Below the pieces are notes generated by a model, which was not told where the DNA came from, searched no databases, and saw only the letters and a list, made by a program, of their open reading frames with translations. Shown piece after piece: positions 25,811 through 34,643 of a DNA stretch of 64,000 nt. How positions within the stretch are numbered: the first letter of the stretch is position 1; every line of letters starts with the position of its first letter. The translations under genes were made by a program, and so were the position numbers. The DNA lies in IMG/VR virus record IMGVR_UViG_3300035686_000003, positions 64,001-128,000 of that record; one strand, 5' to 3'. The DNA is from a virus (taxonomy: Duplodnaviria; Caudoviricetes).

Positions 25811-27646
25811 TCACGAGATGAGTTTGAATTTTTTCATCAAATCATTGCGTTGAGTCTTGATTAGAAGGCTTAATATTTGTGCCTTTACTTCAGCTACTCT
25901 TCTAGTTTCCCCTAGTTCTTGCTCAATGAAATCATCAAGATCGATGTGGGAGGTCGTGTTTAGCTTACCAAGAACGATGTCGCTTTGTGACTTGACAGTT
26001 GCCACAGCAAGGTTCAACCCCTGACGTTCAGTGGGCGTTAGAGCGTCTTTAGCTGCTATTGCAGTTCTAGTTTTACTTTGGTCTTGCGGAAGTTCAACAC
26101 TGTCAAGTGTAAACTGAGTTTTCGGATGCCACTTCCCATTAAATTCAACAATTCTGTCAGAAAGATCTCGTTTTGCGTTGCGAGGTGGTTCGTTATTTTT
26201 CAGTTCGCCCCAGTTACGTGCAGTCGCATCGAAGAGGTTTACGTTCCAAGTAACAGAACTGCCTGTAATGGTTGGAATTTCAACTCCAGGAGCGATCGCC
26301 GCAAAGCAAACCCTGAGTTTAGTTAGGTTACTCATCAAAGCAAGCTTGTTGATGTTTCCTTGAGGAGAACCAAACCAAACATACTTTCCACGCTTGTCTC
26401 CACCAGAAACCAATGAAGCACAAAGGTTCATCAATAGTTCCATTAGCTCTTTAGCAGCAGAAGCCAGATCCTCGCTTTCTTTTTTCTTTACGTCTCTCTC
26501 TAGTGACTGAGCCAAGAAATAAAACTCGTCAACAATCAAGAGACAAGGGTTGTCGTCTCTGGCATTCTTGAGGTAGTCCCTGATAACCACAATAAAAGAT
26601 TCGTAGGCATCAGTCTTATCAACGACATCTCCCAGATCAAAGAATTGCGTTTTAGTGCAATGTGCCCAATACTCAGGATCTTCGCCCTGTTTGGCTAGTG
26701 AGCTAATCGAATAAACTTTGTTGAATCTCCCCCTTTGCAATCCAATTTTGCTGGAGATTGCCATGAGCAATGATTTGCCGCATCTTTGTCCACCAATAAA
26801 GACAATTGAGTCAACGCACTCCAAGATGAAATCTACGATGTCTTTAGTTTTTTCGGATCGTTTAGCCATTTCGATTACACTTGGTTGTGAGATTTGTTCC
26901 TGCAAACGGGTGAAGGGTTCTTGAAGCTGAGTCGGGATAGACTCTACATCTGTTTCAACGAATACGGGAGCAGGCTTTGGAATAACAGTTTGCTTTGGTA
27001 GTTGAGGACGCTTTGAACTAGGAAGGGCAATGCTAGCCGTATATTCGTTTGCAAGATCTTCGCAAGCATCAAGAACTTCCTCATATCTCCAGCCTTTGCA
27101 ACGAGCTACGTGGTCAATCGCTTTGGTTAAGGGGTTGTCGCCTTTGTAACTAATCTCTCCATCGACAACTGTTACATCAACTGCCTCCTCAACAGCTTCC
27201 AAGAACAAGTCCGTGCCTGCAATTTTCCAAAGGCTAGCCCAATAGACTGTTGGTGACGAAGAAATAGCTAACCTCACTTGCTCAGAGGTTTTCTCTAGCT
27301 TCATTATTTTTGCCTGTTGAGTTCCCGCTGACCCAAGAAGCCCTATCATTCCGGCTCCAGCAAGCACAGGTATAACAGCTGCTCCAATAACACCTAATGT
27401 GGCACAAGAGCTAATTGCAAGTCCTCCAAGTAGCATTCCGCTTAAGCTCAAGGTAGCATTGGTTCTTTCAACGGCATGGCACTCTTTTTCAAGCTTTTTT
27501 AGTCCATTCAGCAATCTACCCAGAACATCAATGCGGTCTGCAACCGGGGTATCAGGAGTTACATTTGCAACTTGGATTAAGTCGTCAAATGGAGAGTTGA
27601 CTAAGCTTCGAGTTAATGCCAGTTCACCTTTGGATAATCTGTTCAT
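25811..27646 (-). CDS. Membrane-anchored P-loop ATPase (FtsK/HerA/VirD4-like architecture)
   Basis: Two N-terminal hydrophobic helices, Pro-rich linker, Walker A GGQRCGKS, Walker B LLIVDE. Confidence 0.65.
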   Translation of the reverse strand: MNRLSKGELALTRSLVNSPFDDLIQVANVTPDTPVADRIDVLGRLLNGLKKLEKECHAVERTNATLSLSGMLLGGLAISSCATLGVIGAAVIPVLAGAGMIGLLGSAGTQQAKIMKLEKTSEQVRLAISSSPTVYWASLWKIAGTDLFLEAVEEAVDVTVVDGEISYKGDNPLTKAIDHVARCKGWRYEEVLDACEDLANEYTASIALPSSKRPQLPKQTVIPKPAPVFVETDVESIPTQLQEPFTRLQEQISQPSVIEMAKRSEKTKDIVDFILECVDSIVFIGGQRCGKSLLMAISSKIGLQRGRFNKVYSISSLAKQGEDPEYWAHCTKTQFFDLGDVVDKTDAYESFIVVIRDYLKNARDDNPCLLIVDEFYFLAQSLERDVKKKESEDLASAAKELMELLMNLCASLVSGGDKRGKYVWFGSPQGNINKLALMSNLTKLRVCFAAIAPGVEIPTITGSSVTWNVNLFDATARNWGELKNNEPPRNAKRDLSDRIVEFNGKWHPKTQFTLDSVELPQDQSKTRTAIAAKDALTPTERQGLNLAVATVKSQSDIVLGKLNTTSHIDLDDFIEQELGETRRVAEVKAQILSLLIKTQRNDLMKKFKLIS

Positions 27647-27681
27647 GATCTTAAGCGGAACGCCTCGTGTAGATTCATTGA

Positions 27682-28440
27682 TTACATTTTGCGAGCAGAG
27701 ATATCGACCGTTGGTGCTTCACGTCTTGGTTCGCCACCACCTCTCGAAGATTGTCCTCCCTTGGCTTGCTGGTGCCCCTCATGGATAGCTTCTGCAATAT
27801 CGCAAGCAGCACTGAGCAAAGAGATCGTAACTTCGGGTAACACTAGTGTCACAATGAGCATCAGCATTCCTTGAAAGCTGAGAGACAGAACAGTTGCCCA
27901 AAACACTAGCTGAATAGCAGTCTCAACCAGGTAGGAAAGATACCTGCCTCTCTCTAACGTTCGATGAGAGAAAGTATGCCAGTTCATCAGACGCTCTGAG
28001 ACTCCTTCTGGCAAATCTTTAGCTTTGGGGTCAATGTTTTTGTTAACGTAAGCTTTGGCAATTTTCTTTTTTACTCTCCAAAGACTAGGGAATAATTGAT
28101 ACACGTTGAAACCAATGCCAGCTAATATTCCTAGTGTTCCAGCACCAATCCCAACAAGGACACCCCCAAGACCCAGAGCTTTTGCAGCCCAAACTCCAAT
28201 CGCACTCCACTGGTAACCAGCAGCAATCATCACTCCCGCAAAAATAGCAGCTGCAACAAACACAACAGCATCAGCAGTTGCAAGTACCTCAAGTAAAGTC
28301 TTAATTGCAAAAGTTGTCAGATTAAAGGTGTTATGGATGAACTCGCTAATCAGGTGGACTATCGATTTGCCAAAACTGAAGATCTTCTGCATGATTGCAG
28401 TAATTTTTTCATTCAGAGACTTGTCGTTTCCTTTGGACAT
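27682..28440 (-). CDS. Multi-pass membrane protein
   Basis: About four hydrophobic segments. Confidence 0.65.
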   Translation of the reverse strand: MSKGNDKSLNEKITAIMQKIFSFGKSIVHLISEFIHNTFNLTTFAIKTLLEVLATADAVVFVAAAIFAGVMIAAGYQWSAIGVWAAKALGLGGVLVGIGAGTLGILAGIGFNVYQLFPSLWRVKKKIAKAYVNKNIDPKAKDLPEGVSERLMNWHTFSHRTLERGRYLSYLVETAIQLVFWATVLSLSFQGMLMLIVTLVLPEVTISLLSAACDIAEAIHEGHQQAKGGQSSRGGGEPRREAPTVDISARKM

Positions 28441-28444
28441 GGCT

Positions 28445-28822
28445 TTACTTTCCTGCTTTGATTAAAGAGATTTGAGCATCAAGTTCTTTTTGGGTAAAAA
28501 GGTGTTGCACTTGTAACTGACTGTTATGATATGCAGCGTGACCAATTTTCCCGCTGGGATCTTTGAAACAAGAAGTTGGACTTCTGCCATCAGCGTGCAG
28601 TTGTATAACGTCACCAATTAACATCGGTCTAACAACTTTTTGACAGTTATTGACGAGCGAATGTCTAGCCACAGTATCTAAAGCTTTACTTCTGGAAACT
28701 TGCGCTCTACTAGATGTAAGGTTTTGTGCGAGCTGTGCCGACATTGATAGAACAGCACAGCCTGCGAGAATGGCAAAACTAATATGTTTGGCGTACAGAG
28801 GAGCAATCTTCATCAGCCCCAC
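28445..28822 (-). CDS. Exported/membrane-anchored protein
   Basis: N-terminal hydrophobic helix followed by a small soluble domain with two Cys. Confidence 0.55.
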   Translation of the reverse strand: MGLMKIAPLYAKHISFAILAGCAVLSMSAQLAQNLTSSRAQVSRSKALDTVARHSLVNNCQKVVRPMLIGDVIQLHADGRSPTSCFKDPSGKIGHAAYHNSQLQVQHLFTQKELDAQISLIKAGK

Positions 28823-29511
28823 ACCTCGTCTAAAAAAGAGTCAGTATCAAACTCAACCTTTGAATCCACCGAAGCCTGTCGCTCAACAGTTACTTGCTGT
28901 CTTCTTGTAGTCCGTTGATTCTCCCGTTCCTTCATCTCCTCAAGGAACTCGTCAACATTGACCTCTTCAACCTTGGTCACCTTCTTGTCAACGATCTTCT
29001 GGATATTAGTCGATGACAGTAAGTTGTCCAACACTTCTTCTTGCTCAGCCATTGCGTCAAGGATTCTGTTTGAGTAATCCTTTTGCCGCTGTTGCCAAGC
29101 AGCAACGAAAGTTTTCTCTTGTACTTCCGCTAGCAAATTTGCCCGTTGTTGTTCCCGGTTTGCAATGCTTGTTGCGATCGCGAATAACACTCTGTCAGAG
29201 AATCCAATGTTCTGAGCGGTCAACACCGACTTGGCACTTTTTACTAGCTCAGTTGTGTCTTGCAAGACTAATGCTTCCGTTTGTTCACTACAGTCGCTAG
29301 GGGTCTGTGTTGGTGTAACTGGTGCGGTGCCAGCAAGTTCCTTAGTTTGCTTGACTGCGAATCCCAATGCTTCAAGGGATTCAAATGCTGAAACAACGTC
29401 TTCTTCAGATATGTTATCGCTGTTTTCTGTGTACCCCATAGCTTTTAGAGCAGCTGTCGCATTTTCTTGGGGGTAGCAATCTAAATCTTTTAATGCTTCT
29501 GTAAAGTTCAT
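28813..29511 (-). CDS. Acidic coiled-coil hypothetical protein
   Basis: Helical E/Q-rich ORF overlapping the next gene. Confidence 0.6.
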   Translation of the reverse strand: MNFTEALKDLDCYPQENATAALKAMGYTENSDNISEEDVVSAFESLEALGFAVKQTKELAGTAPVTPTQTPSDCSEQTEALVLQDTTELVKSAKSVLTAQNIGFSDRVLFAIATSIANREQQRANLLAEVQEKTFVAAWQQRQKDYSNRILDAMAEQEEVLDNLLSSTNIQKIVDKKVTKVEEVNVDEFLEEMKERENQRTTRRQQVTVERQASVDSKVEFDTDSFLDEVWG

Positions 29512-29682
29512 GGTCTTCGTTACTTGCGCTTAGTTTTCTGTGTCTTACAACACTATAACACGACGATTAGCAATTGTCGGCTTTTCGACAACAAATATTC
29601 ATTACTATTGCGCTATGAAACGAAGAATATGGATTAGAAATTTTGATGGTAGAAAATACTTAGAGCCAGAGCTACTCCAAGC

Positions 29683-30066
29683 CTATGAGAATAGCCATGA
29701 CTCTACTACTTCTCTTTTCAATGCGAGAATCTTCTTTTTCCCTGACTCATCGGTTCCTCCAATCCAATCGCGAATATCTGCGTACTCACAAATGCTATGT
29801 ACTTCTTGGCACCAGGCAATCATCATAAGGAAAAATTTCTGGTAGAAGTCCAGCTTCTTCCGATTCTTCCTGTTTCCCCAATAAAGGATACGCACCAAAG
29901 AAATCGAACTATCAACAATCTCTCGTTCCCAGTTGTAGATCGTCCGTTCGGTGACGGACAGAACTTTAGCCCATTCTTCACGAGAGGAAAGGGTTTTTAG
30001 ATCGTCCTTGCTTGCCCCAAACATATTCAGCAAGGTACTTAGGTAATATGCCTCTTGAGTCTCCAT
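29683..30066 (-). CDS. HTH DNA-binding protein
   Basis: REEWAKVLSVTERTIYNWE; ATG at 30066 preferred over the longer track start. Confidence 0.65.
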   Translation of the reverse strand: METQEAYYLSTLLNMFGASKDDLKTLSSREEWAKVLSVTERTIYNWEREIVDSSISLVRILYWGNRKNRKKLDFYQKFFLMMIAWCQEVHSICEYADIRDWIGGTDESGKKKILALKREVVESWLFS

Positions 30067-30155
30067 GTTTTCTACTAATATTAATTCCTTGTAAAGTTTA
30101 ACACTAATTTGTATTTTCAGCCAATTGTTATCACAAAGGTTTGTAGATTTGTTTG

Positions 30156-30465
30156 TCCGAATCCGGAAACGACCCAGAAACGAGTCAGAACCCACCCAGA
30201 AAGGACTCGGAAAGTGCCTAATGATAGTGGTTCGCAATAGTGGACTAAAATTTTGCGAATGAAACTATAGAAAACGAGTGATTTACTTGAGCTGCATCTG
30301 TGAAACCCTTATGGCAGTAAGGTGTTTTATTTGAGGGGTATGTGAATCCCAGATTCTTTGTCGCAATAGTAAATCCAGAAAGGACTCGGAAAATCGGTCT
30401 TATATTGACGTATTGTGGGTCAGAAATCGGAACTTCCGGATTTGCTCACACCGTTTCCGGATTTT
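30156..30465. promoter_or_regulatory. Divergent control region with repeated sites
   Basis: CCAGAAAGGACTCGGAAA at 30196 and 30375; TCGCAATAGT twice; TCCGGA four times. Confidence 0.5.
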
Positions 30466-30636
30466 GCTGGTAGTATTTATTCCTATGAGTTTGAAAGTTG
30501 GAAGCAGTTCCTTACTTCTTCATTGTTCTTGACTCTGTTATCACAGAAGATGTTCCCGACAATGAGGTAAGCTCGACAACTTGACAACTCGACCGTCCAT
30601 CTACTAAGCTGGTGAAATAAACCGTTTCTGGACAAA

Positions 30637-30807
30637 ATGAACACTAAAAGACCGAAATTGACTTGCTTCACAACCCATGAACTTAGAACGTGCCTGAAGA
30701 AACACGTTATAGATGAAGGAACAACCTTGGACAAATTCATCCACGGTTTATTGGAGAATTACTTAAAGGAAAGAGGTCTACTTACAGAGAAAGAGGAGGC
30801 AGCTTAA
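30637..30807 (+). CDS. RHH-type DNA-binding protein (56 aa, not in the ORF track)
   Basis: MNTKRPKLTCFTTHELRTCLKKHVIDEGTTLDKFIHGLLENYLKERG. Confidence 0.65.
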   Translation: MNTKRPKLTCFTTHELRTCLKKHVIDEGTTLDKFIHGLLENYLKERGLLTEKEEAA

Positions 30808-30808
30808 T

Positions 30809-31018
30809 ATGTTCTGGAATCCCAACGGATGCAACAATCGCACATCACATAACAATGGTGAGCCAGTGTGGAACGAACCGACACTACGAAGATTTTGGCG
30901 ATACTGCGAGATTAAAGGCTTAGACTCAAAGGATGCTAGGTCGGTACAGAAGTTTGTTGAAGAAGAACTGTATCCTCCTATAGGCACGATTAACTCTCAG
31001 GGGGTGCCAAACTTCTGA
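30809..31018 (+). CDS. Hypothetical protein
   Basis: GAGGAGG RBS; tightly packed in a small operon. Confidence 0.5.
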   Translation: MFWNPNGCNNRTSHNNGEPVWNEPTLRRFWRYCEIKGLDSKDARSVQKFVEEELYPPIGTINSQGVPNF

Positions 31019-31290
31019 TGGCTACAGAAGAATTAACCATTGAACACGTAAGGCGATTTGCGCCATACCAATTGTTCCAGTGTGTATCTCCCGATGGGAG
31101 TGAGTATCTGTTGGAGTTGCAGGAGATGGACGTTGATGCTGCCATTGAAGCAGATGTGTTTCATATCAAAAACCTTAACAGCTCTGATCCTGTTGCAGTA
31201 ATGGACTTTGCTAACCTAAAGCTGACATTGCAGACCATCAAAACTTATGTACCCTGTTGGACAAACACCTGGGATAGATTAGTGCATTAA
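31018..31290 (+). CDS. Hypothetical protein
   Basis: TGATG overlap with the previous ORF. Confidence 0.55.
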   Translation: MATEELTIEHVRRFAPYQLFQCVSPDGSEYLLELQEMDVDAAIEADVFHIKNLNSSDPVAVMDFANLKLTLQTIKTYVPCWTNTWDRLVH

Positions 31291-31298
31291 AGGAAACC

Positions 31299-31445
31299 AT
31301 GAAGATAATCACTGCTGGGCTTTTCATCGTTACGATTCTTGCTACAGCTCAGTTGCTCACTGACTTCACGCCTATTTATGCAGACGCCCAACCGGAACCC
31401 ACAGAATCTTCGCCCCCACGAGGAGGTGGACGAAGAGATATTTAA
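31299..31445 (+). CDS. PatX/PatS-like secreted peptide (48 aa, not in the ORF track)
   Basis: MKIITAGLFIVTILATAQLLTDFTPIYADAQPEPTESSPPRGGGRRDI; AGGA RBS; signal-peptide-like N-terminus, Pro-rich linker, RGxGRR C-terminus. Confidence 0.65.
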   Translation: MKIITAGLFIVTILATAQLLTDFTPIYADAQPEPTESSPPRGGGRRDI

Positions 31446-31471
31446 CTTCAAAGGTTAGCGAACCTACCTTC

Positions 31472-31499
31472 AGCCCTGTGGGAAACTACGGGGCTTTTT
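31472..31499 (+). terminator. Intrinsic terminator
   Basis: AGCCCTGTGG-GAAA-CTACGGGGCT followed by TTTT. Confidence 0.75.
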
Positions 31500-31550
31500 G
31501 CTGTGTAAACGCCCACAATAGTAGCAGTAGATACAGAGGAGATTACTGTT

Positions 31551-32483
31551 GTGGCTTTTGGGAAACAAGAGTTTGAGCTAAAAGATTTTGTACAAGAGCA
31601 AACTCAGCGGCTAGCAGAAGAGACACCCAATGAAGAGAGTTGTGGATTTATTCTTCGGGATGACAATGTTATTCGGTGCAAGAATGTATTCTACAATCCA
31701 ATGCTCGATGATAAGGACGAGCAGGCACTTGCCGAACTCATGGATGAGTTAATTATTCGTGACGTGTCGCTCGAACAACCTTTGGACAAGGTTCGTGAGG
31801 CAATCTCGGTTAGGACAGGTATCGCAATATCAGCTCGCGATCGCTTAGCAGCAGATAGCAAAGGTATTGCTGCTGTGTGGCATTCCCACTGTCTCGATTC
31901 CTCACCAGGGATGCTGACCTACGAGGATAATCCAGCGCTAGGGATTCATTCGGACATCACACAATCGAAGCTGCAACGGTTACCTTATGTGATGTACCAT
32001 ACCCGTTTCAAAGAGTGGGATATGTATGACCCCTACAATCTCAGTCCATATCCACTGAAGAAGCAAATCGCCCACCCGGAAAATCCTGATGATTACGCTA
32101 ACCTTCCTTACTGTTGGAACCGTGCCGATTGCCTAGAAATTCCCAGATCAGCACTATGGGGAATGTTTGGTATTGACTTAGGTATTCATTTGCGATCTCA
32201 CCCTTCCGAGTACATGACTGAAGGATGGCAACGGTATGTCGATGACTTGCCAAAGCTAGGCTTTGAGGAAGTACCGATGTTTGACGCTATGAAGTTCAAA
32301 GCTGGCGATTGTCTGCTAGCGCAACTTCCGCGACACAAGACGCTACATCACTTATTCTTGCTTGTGGATGAGCCGAAGCAACTGGTGCTACACGTCATGG
32401 ATGGCGGCTTGAGTGTTATCGAACCTGTAGCGAAGTGGCGACGATTTGTGAGGGTGTTATTCCGTCACCAAAAATTTATCTAG
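31551..32483 (+). CDS. Tail assembly protein K-like (JAB/MPN + NlpC/P60)
   Basis: EESCG, WHSH and SD (JAB); ADCLE and HH (NlpC/P60). Confidence 0.8.
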   Translation: MAFGKQEFELKDFVQEQTQRLAEETPNEESCGFILRDDNVIRCKNVFYNPMLDDKDEQALAELMDELIIRDVSLEQPLDKVREAISVRTGIAISARDRLAADSKGIAAVWHSHCLDSSPGMLTYEDNPALGIHSDITQSKLQRLPYVMYHTRFKEWDMYDPYNLSPYPLKKQIAHPENPDDYANLPYCWNRADCLEIPRSALWGMFGIDLGIHLRSHPSEYMTEGWQRYVDDLPKLGFEEVPMFDAMKFKAGDCLLAQLPRHKTLHHLFLLVDEPKQLVLHVMDGGLSVIEPVAKWRRFVRVLFRHQKFI

Positions 32484-32746
32484 TTCTACAGAGGTTTTGG
32501 CTTTACAAAGGCTTTATAATTACCTCTGTCGATATAGAAGAACAGTGAAGATACTCCTGATCGCTTGTAGTCCTAAGCAGCTCAATGACTCCTCTTGGAA
32601 GATACCGAAGGGAGCTGAGCTTTTCATTGTCTGGAATCAACGAGAAGCTGAAGCCATCCAAAAGCTTCGGACTTTCGATGAAGTAATAAGGTTTTGTTAA
32701 TATAGTTATAGGCATAGCCTGGGGGTAGTCGTATGACTGCCGCAAC

Positions 32747-32769
32747 AGCCGTTCGCAAGGGCGGCTTTT
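32747..32769 (+). terminator. Intrinsic terminator
   Basis: AGCCGTTC-GCAA-GGGCGGCT followed by TTT. Confidence 0.65.
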
Positions 32770-32839
32770 GTTGTGTCTGTGGGAGCTTACGCAAACTTGA
32801 ATTTGCTATTGCGGCGATGATTAAAATAAATTTGAAATT

Positions 32840-33136
32840 ATGAATGATATAAAAGTTGCAATTAAGCCAGGTGGCATTGGTACAGAAATATTTTTAAATG
32901 GGAAAAAGATCGATGCTGCAACTAGAAAAATTATTGTCGAGATCAATCCTTCTTCAGCTTCTATGACTGTGGAAGGACTGCTTATAGGAGAGGATGGACT
33001 ACCATTAATTGCTGGCGAAGAACTTCAGACTTACTCCTGTAATGCGTCAATAGAAGAACCCGGAGAGATAAACTTATCGTCACCCATGCTCGCACGTTTG
33101 TTGCAGTCGATTGACAGGAGTGCCGATGCTAACTAA
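32840..33136 (+). CDS. Hypothetical protein
   Basis: Clean ORF overlapping the start of tail I. Confidence 0.5.
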   Translation: MNDIKVAIKPGGIGTEIFLNGKKIDAATRKIIVEINPSSASMTVEGLLIGEDGLPLIAGEELQTYSCNASIEEPGEINLSSPMLARLLQSIDRSADAN

Positions 33137-33689
33137 AGTCCGGCTACTCGGGGTCTTGGGAGAGGAGTTTATCCCTGAGATTAACCTAGATATTAATTCT
33201 GTGCAAGAGGCTTCATGGGCACTCCAAAATATCTTTCCCCGCTTCAAGTCTTGGGTATTGGAGCAGGCGCAACATGGGCTAGCTTATGAAGTTTTCGTGG
33301 GCGATTGGCAAATTGGAGAACAGCATTTGCTGGCGGCTACTGGAGGGCAGGAGATATCAATTATTCCTTTAATAGGCGGAAGTGGTCGAGGCATTATTTC
33401 CATCATTGGAGGTCTTGCCCTGATCGGACTCGGATTAGCCACAGGAGGTGCGGGTTTCTTGGGATTTTCCTCTACCAGCTTATTATTGGCAGGCGGGGCG
33501 CTTTTACTCCAGGGCATCATTGGCTCAAAAAGTCCCAAAGCAGAAGAGAATGGACAAAAAAATAGTTTGATCTTTTCCGGTCAGCCCAATGTTACTGCTG
33601 TGGGAGCAGCTAAGCCGTTATGTTTCGGAGTCTTCCTAGTATCTGGCACCGTAGTGAGCGCCAGAATACGTACATTTGAATTATCGTGA
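33126..33689 (+). CDS. Tail assembly protein I-like (ubiquitin-like fold)
   Basis: VRLLG.LG..F, IIPLIGGSG, Gly-rich hydrophobic segment, FSGQPN...G..P..FG...V.G.VVSA. Confidence 0.85.
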   Translation: MLTKVRLLGVLGEEFIPEINLDINSVQEASWALQNIFPRFKSWVLEQAQHGLAYEVFVGDWQIGEQHLLAATGGQEISIIPLIGGSGRGIISIIGGLALIGLGLATGGAGFLGFSSTSLLLAGGALLLQGIIGSKSPKAEENGQKNSLIFSGQPNVTAVGAAKPLCFGVFLVSGTVVSARIRTFELS

Positions 33690-34029
33690 CGTACTCTAAC
33701 GCAGTAATTCAGGTCATTCTTTTCGCTTTCTCGTTGGGCTGTCTAAAGATTTTTCTATATCCCAGCCTCTTTTTAATCGATGGTACAATGGTACTCTCGA
33801 ATTACTCGAACGTCAAGGGTGGGTTACAATCGTAGCAATACATTAACCTATTGCTGCTCATGTCTAAGGCTGAAGTCTGCAACCACATCGAACGTATCGC
33901 AAAGCTGTTGCGACGAAGGTTTTATGTTTGGTACGACTGTCGCCTTGGCTACTACTGTGCGACTCCTTGGCGTCCTACGGGTAAACCATCAGATCTCATT
34001 GAACCGTGAATGTTAAGCTTCAGTAGTGA

Positions 34030-34302
34030 ATGAGTCTCATCCCTCTTGCCATGATCGATATCGAGTTGGAAGCTGGACTACCTTGGGGAGCAATTGCACA
34101 CCGTTGCTACCAGTCGTTCTATAGTGCCCTAGAGGGTGCAGGAGAGGCAAATGAGTACGCAACTTGGGATGAGTTGTCAGTTGGCGAGAAGCTGGCATTT
34201 GAGGTTGCACTACGGGAACTAGAAGAATGCATCTGTGACCGAAAGCAAGAATTGAACCGTTGGAATAATTTTGTTCAGCGAAGACTAAAGAAAGAACTAT
34301 GA
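34030..34302 (+). CDS. Hypothetical protein
   Basis: ORF coupled to the downstream gene. Confidence 0.45.
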   Translation: MSLIPLAMIDIELEAGLPWGAIAHRCYQSFYSALEGAGEANEYATWDELSVGEKLAFEVALRELEECICDRKQELNRWNNFVQRRLKKEL

Positions 34303-34643
34303 AAAACACAGTAACTCAAGCCGAAATCGACTTCCTACTCGACAATGCAGAAACTCAGGAGCATATCTTCTGGGACAAGGAGCTAGTCATAAGCTACAAG
34401 CTACCATCAAGCTTCACAATCAGTGGTAGAGCAGCAGTAATTGATGTCAGCAACTTTGATATAAACATCGGTCGTAAGATTTGTCGTGAGAATGCCGCCC
34501 ATCAGCTATGGCAGCTCGAAGGTTATCGGAAGCAACTGGAGTTACAAAAGTTAGCGAAAGAGCCTGAAAAGGTTTGCCAGTTCAAAGTCATGGGTTTTGA
34601 GGTAACAATTGTCAACCATGAATTGCAACCAGGCTGGAATTGA
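34299..34643 (+). CDS. Phage Gp49/66-like protein
   Basis: F...G.AA.ID..NFD..IG..IC.ENA...LW.LEGY. Confidence 0.75.
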   Translation: MKNTVTQAEIDFLLDNAETQEHIFWDKELVISYKLPSSFTISGRAAVIDVSNFDINIGRKICRENAAHQLWQLEGYRKQLELQKLAKEPEKVCQFKVMGFEVTIVNHELQPGWN

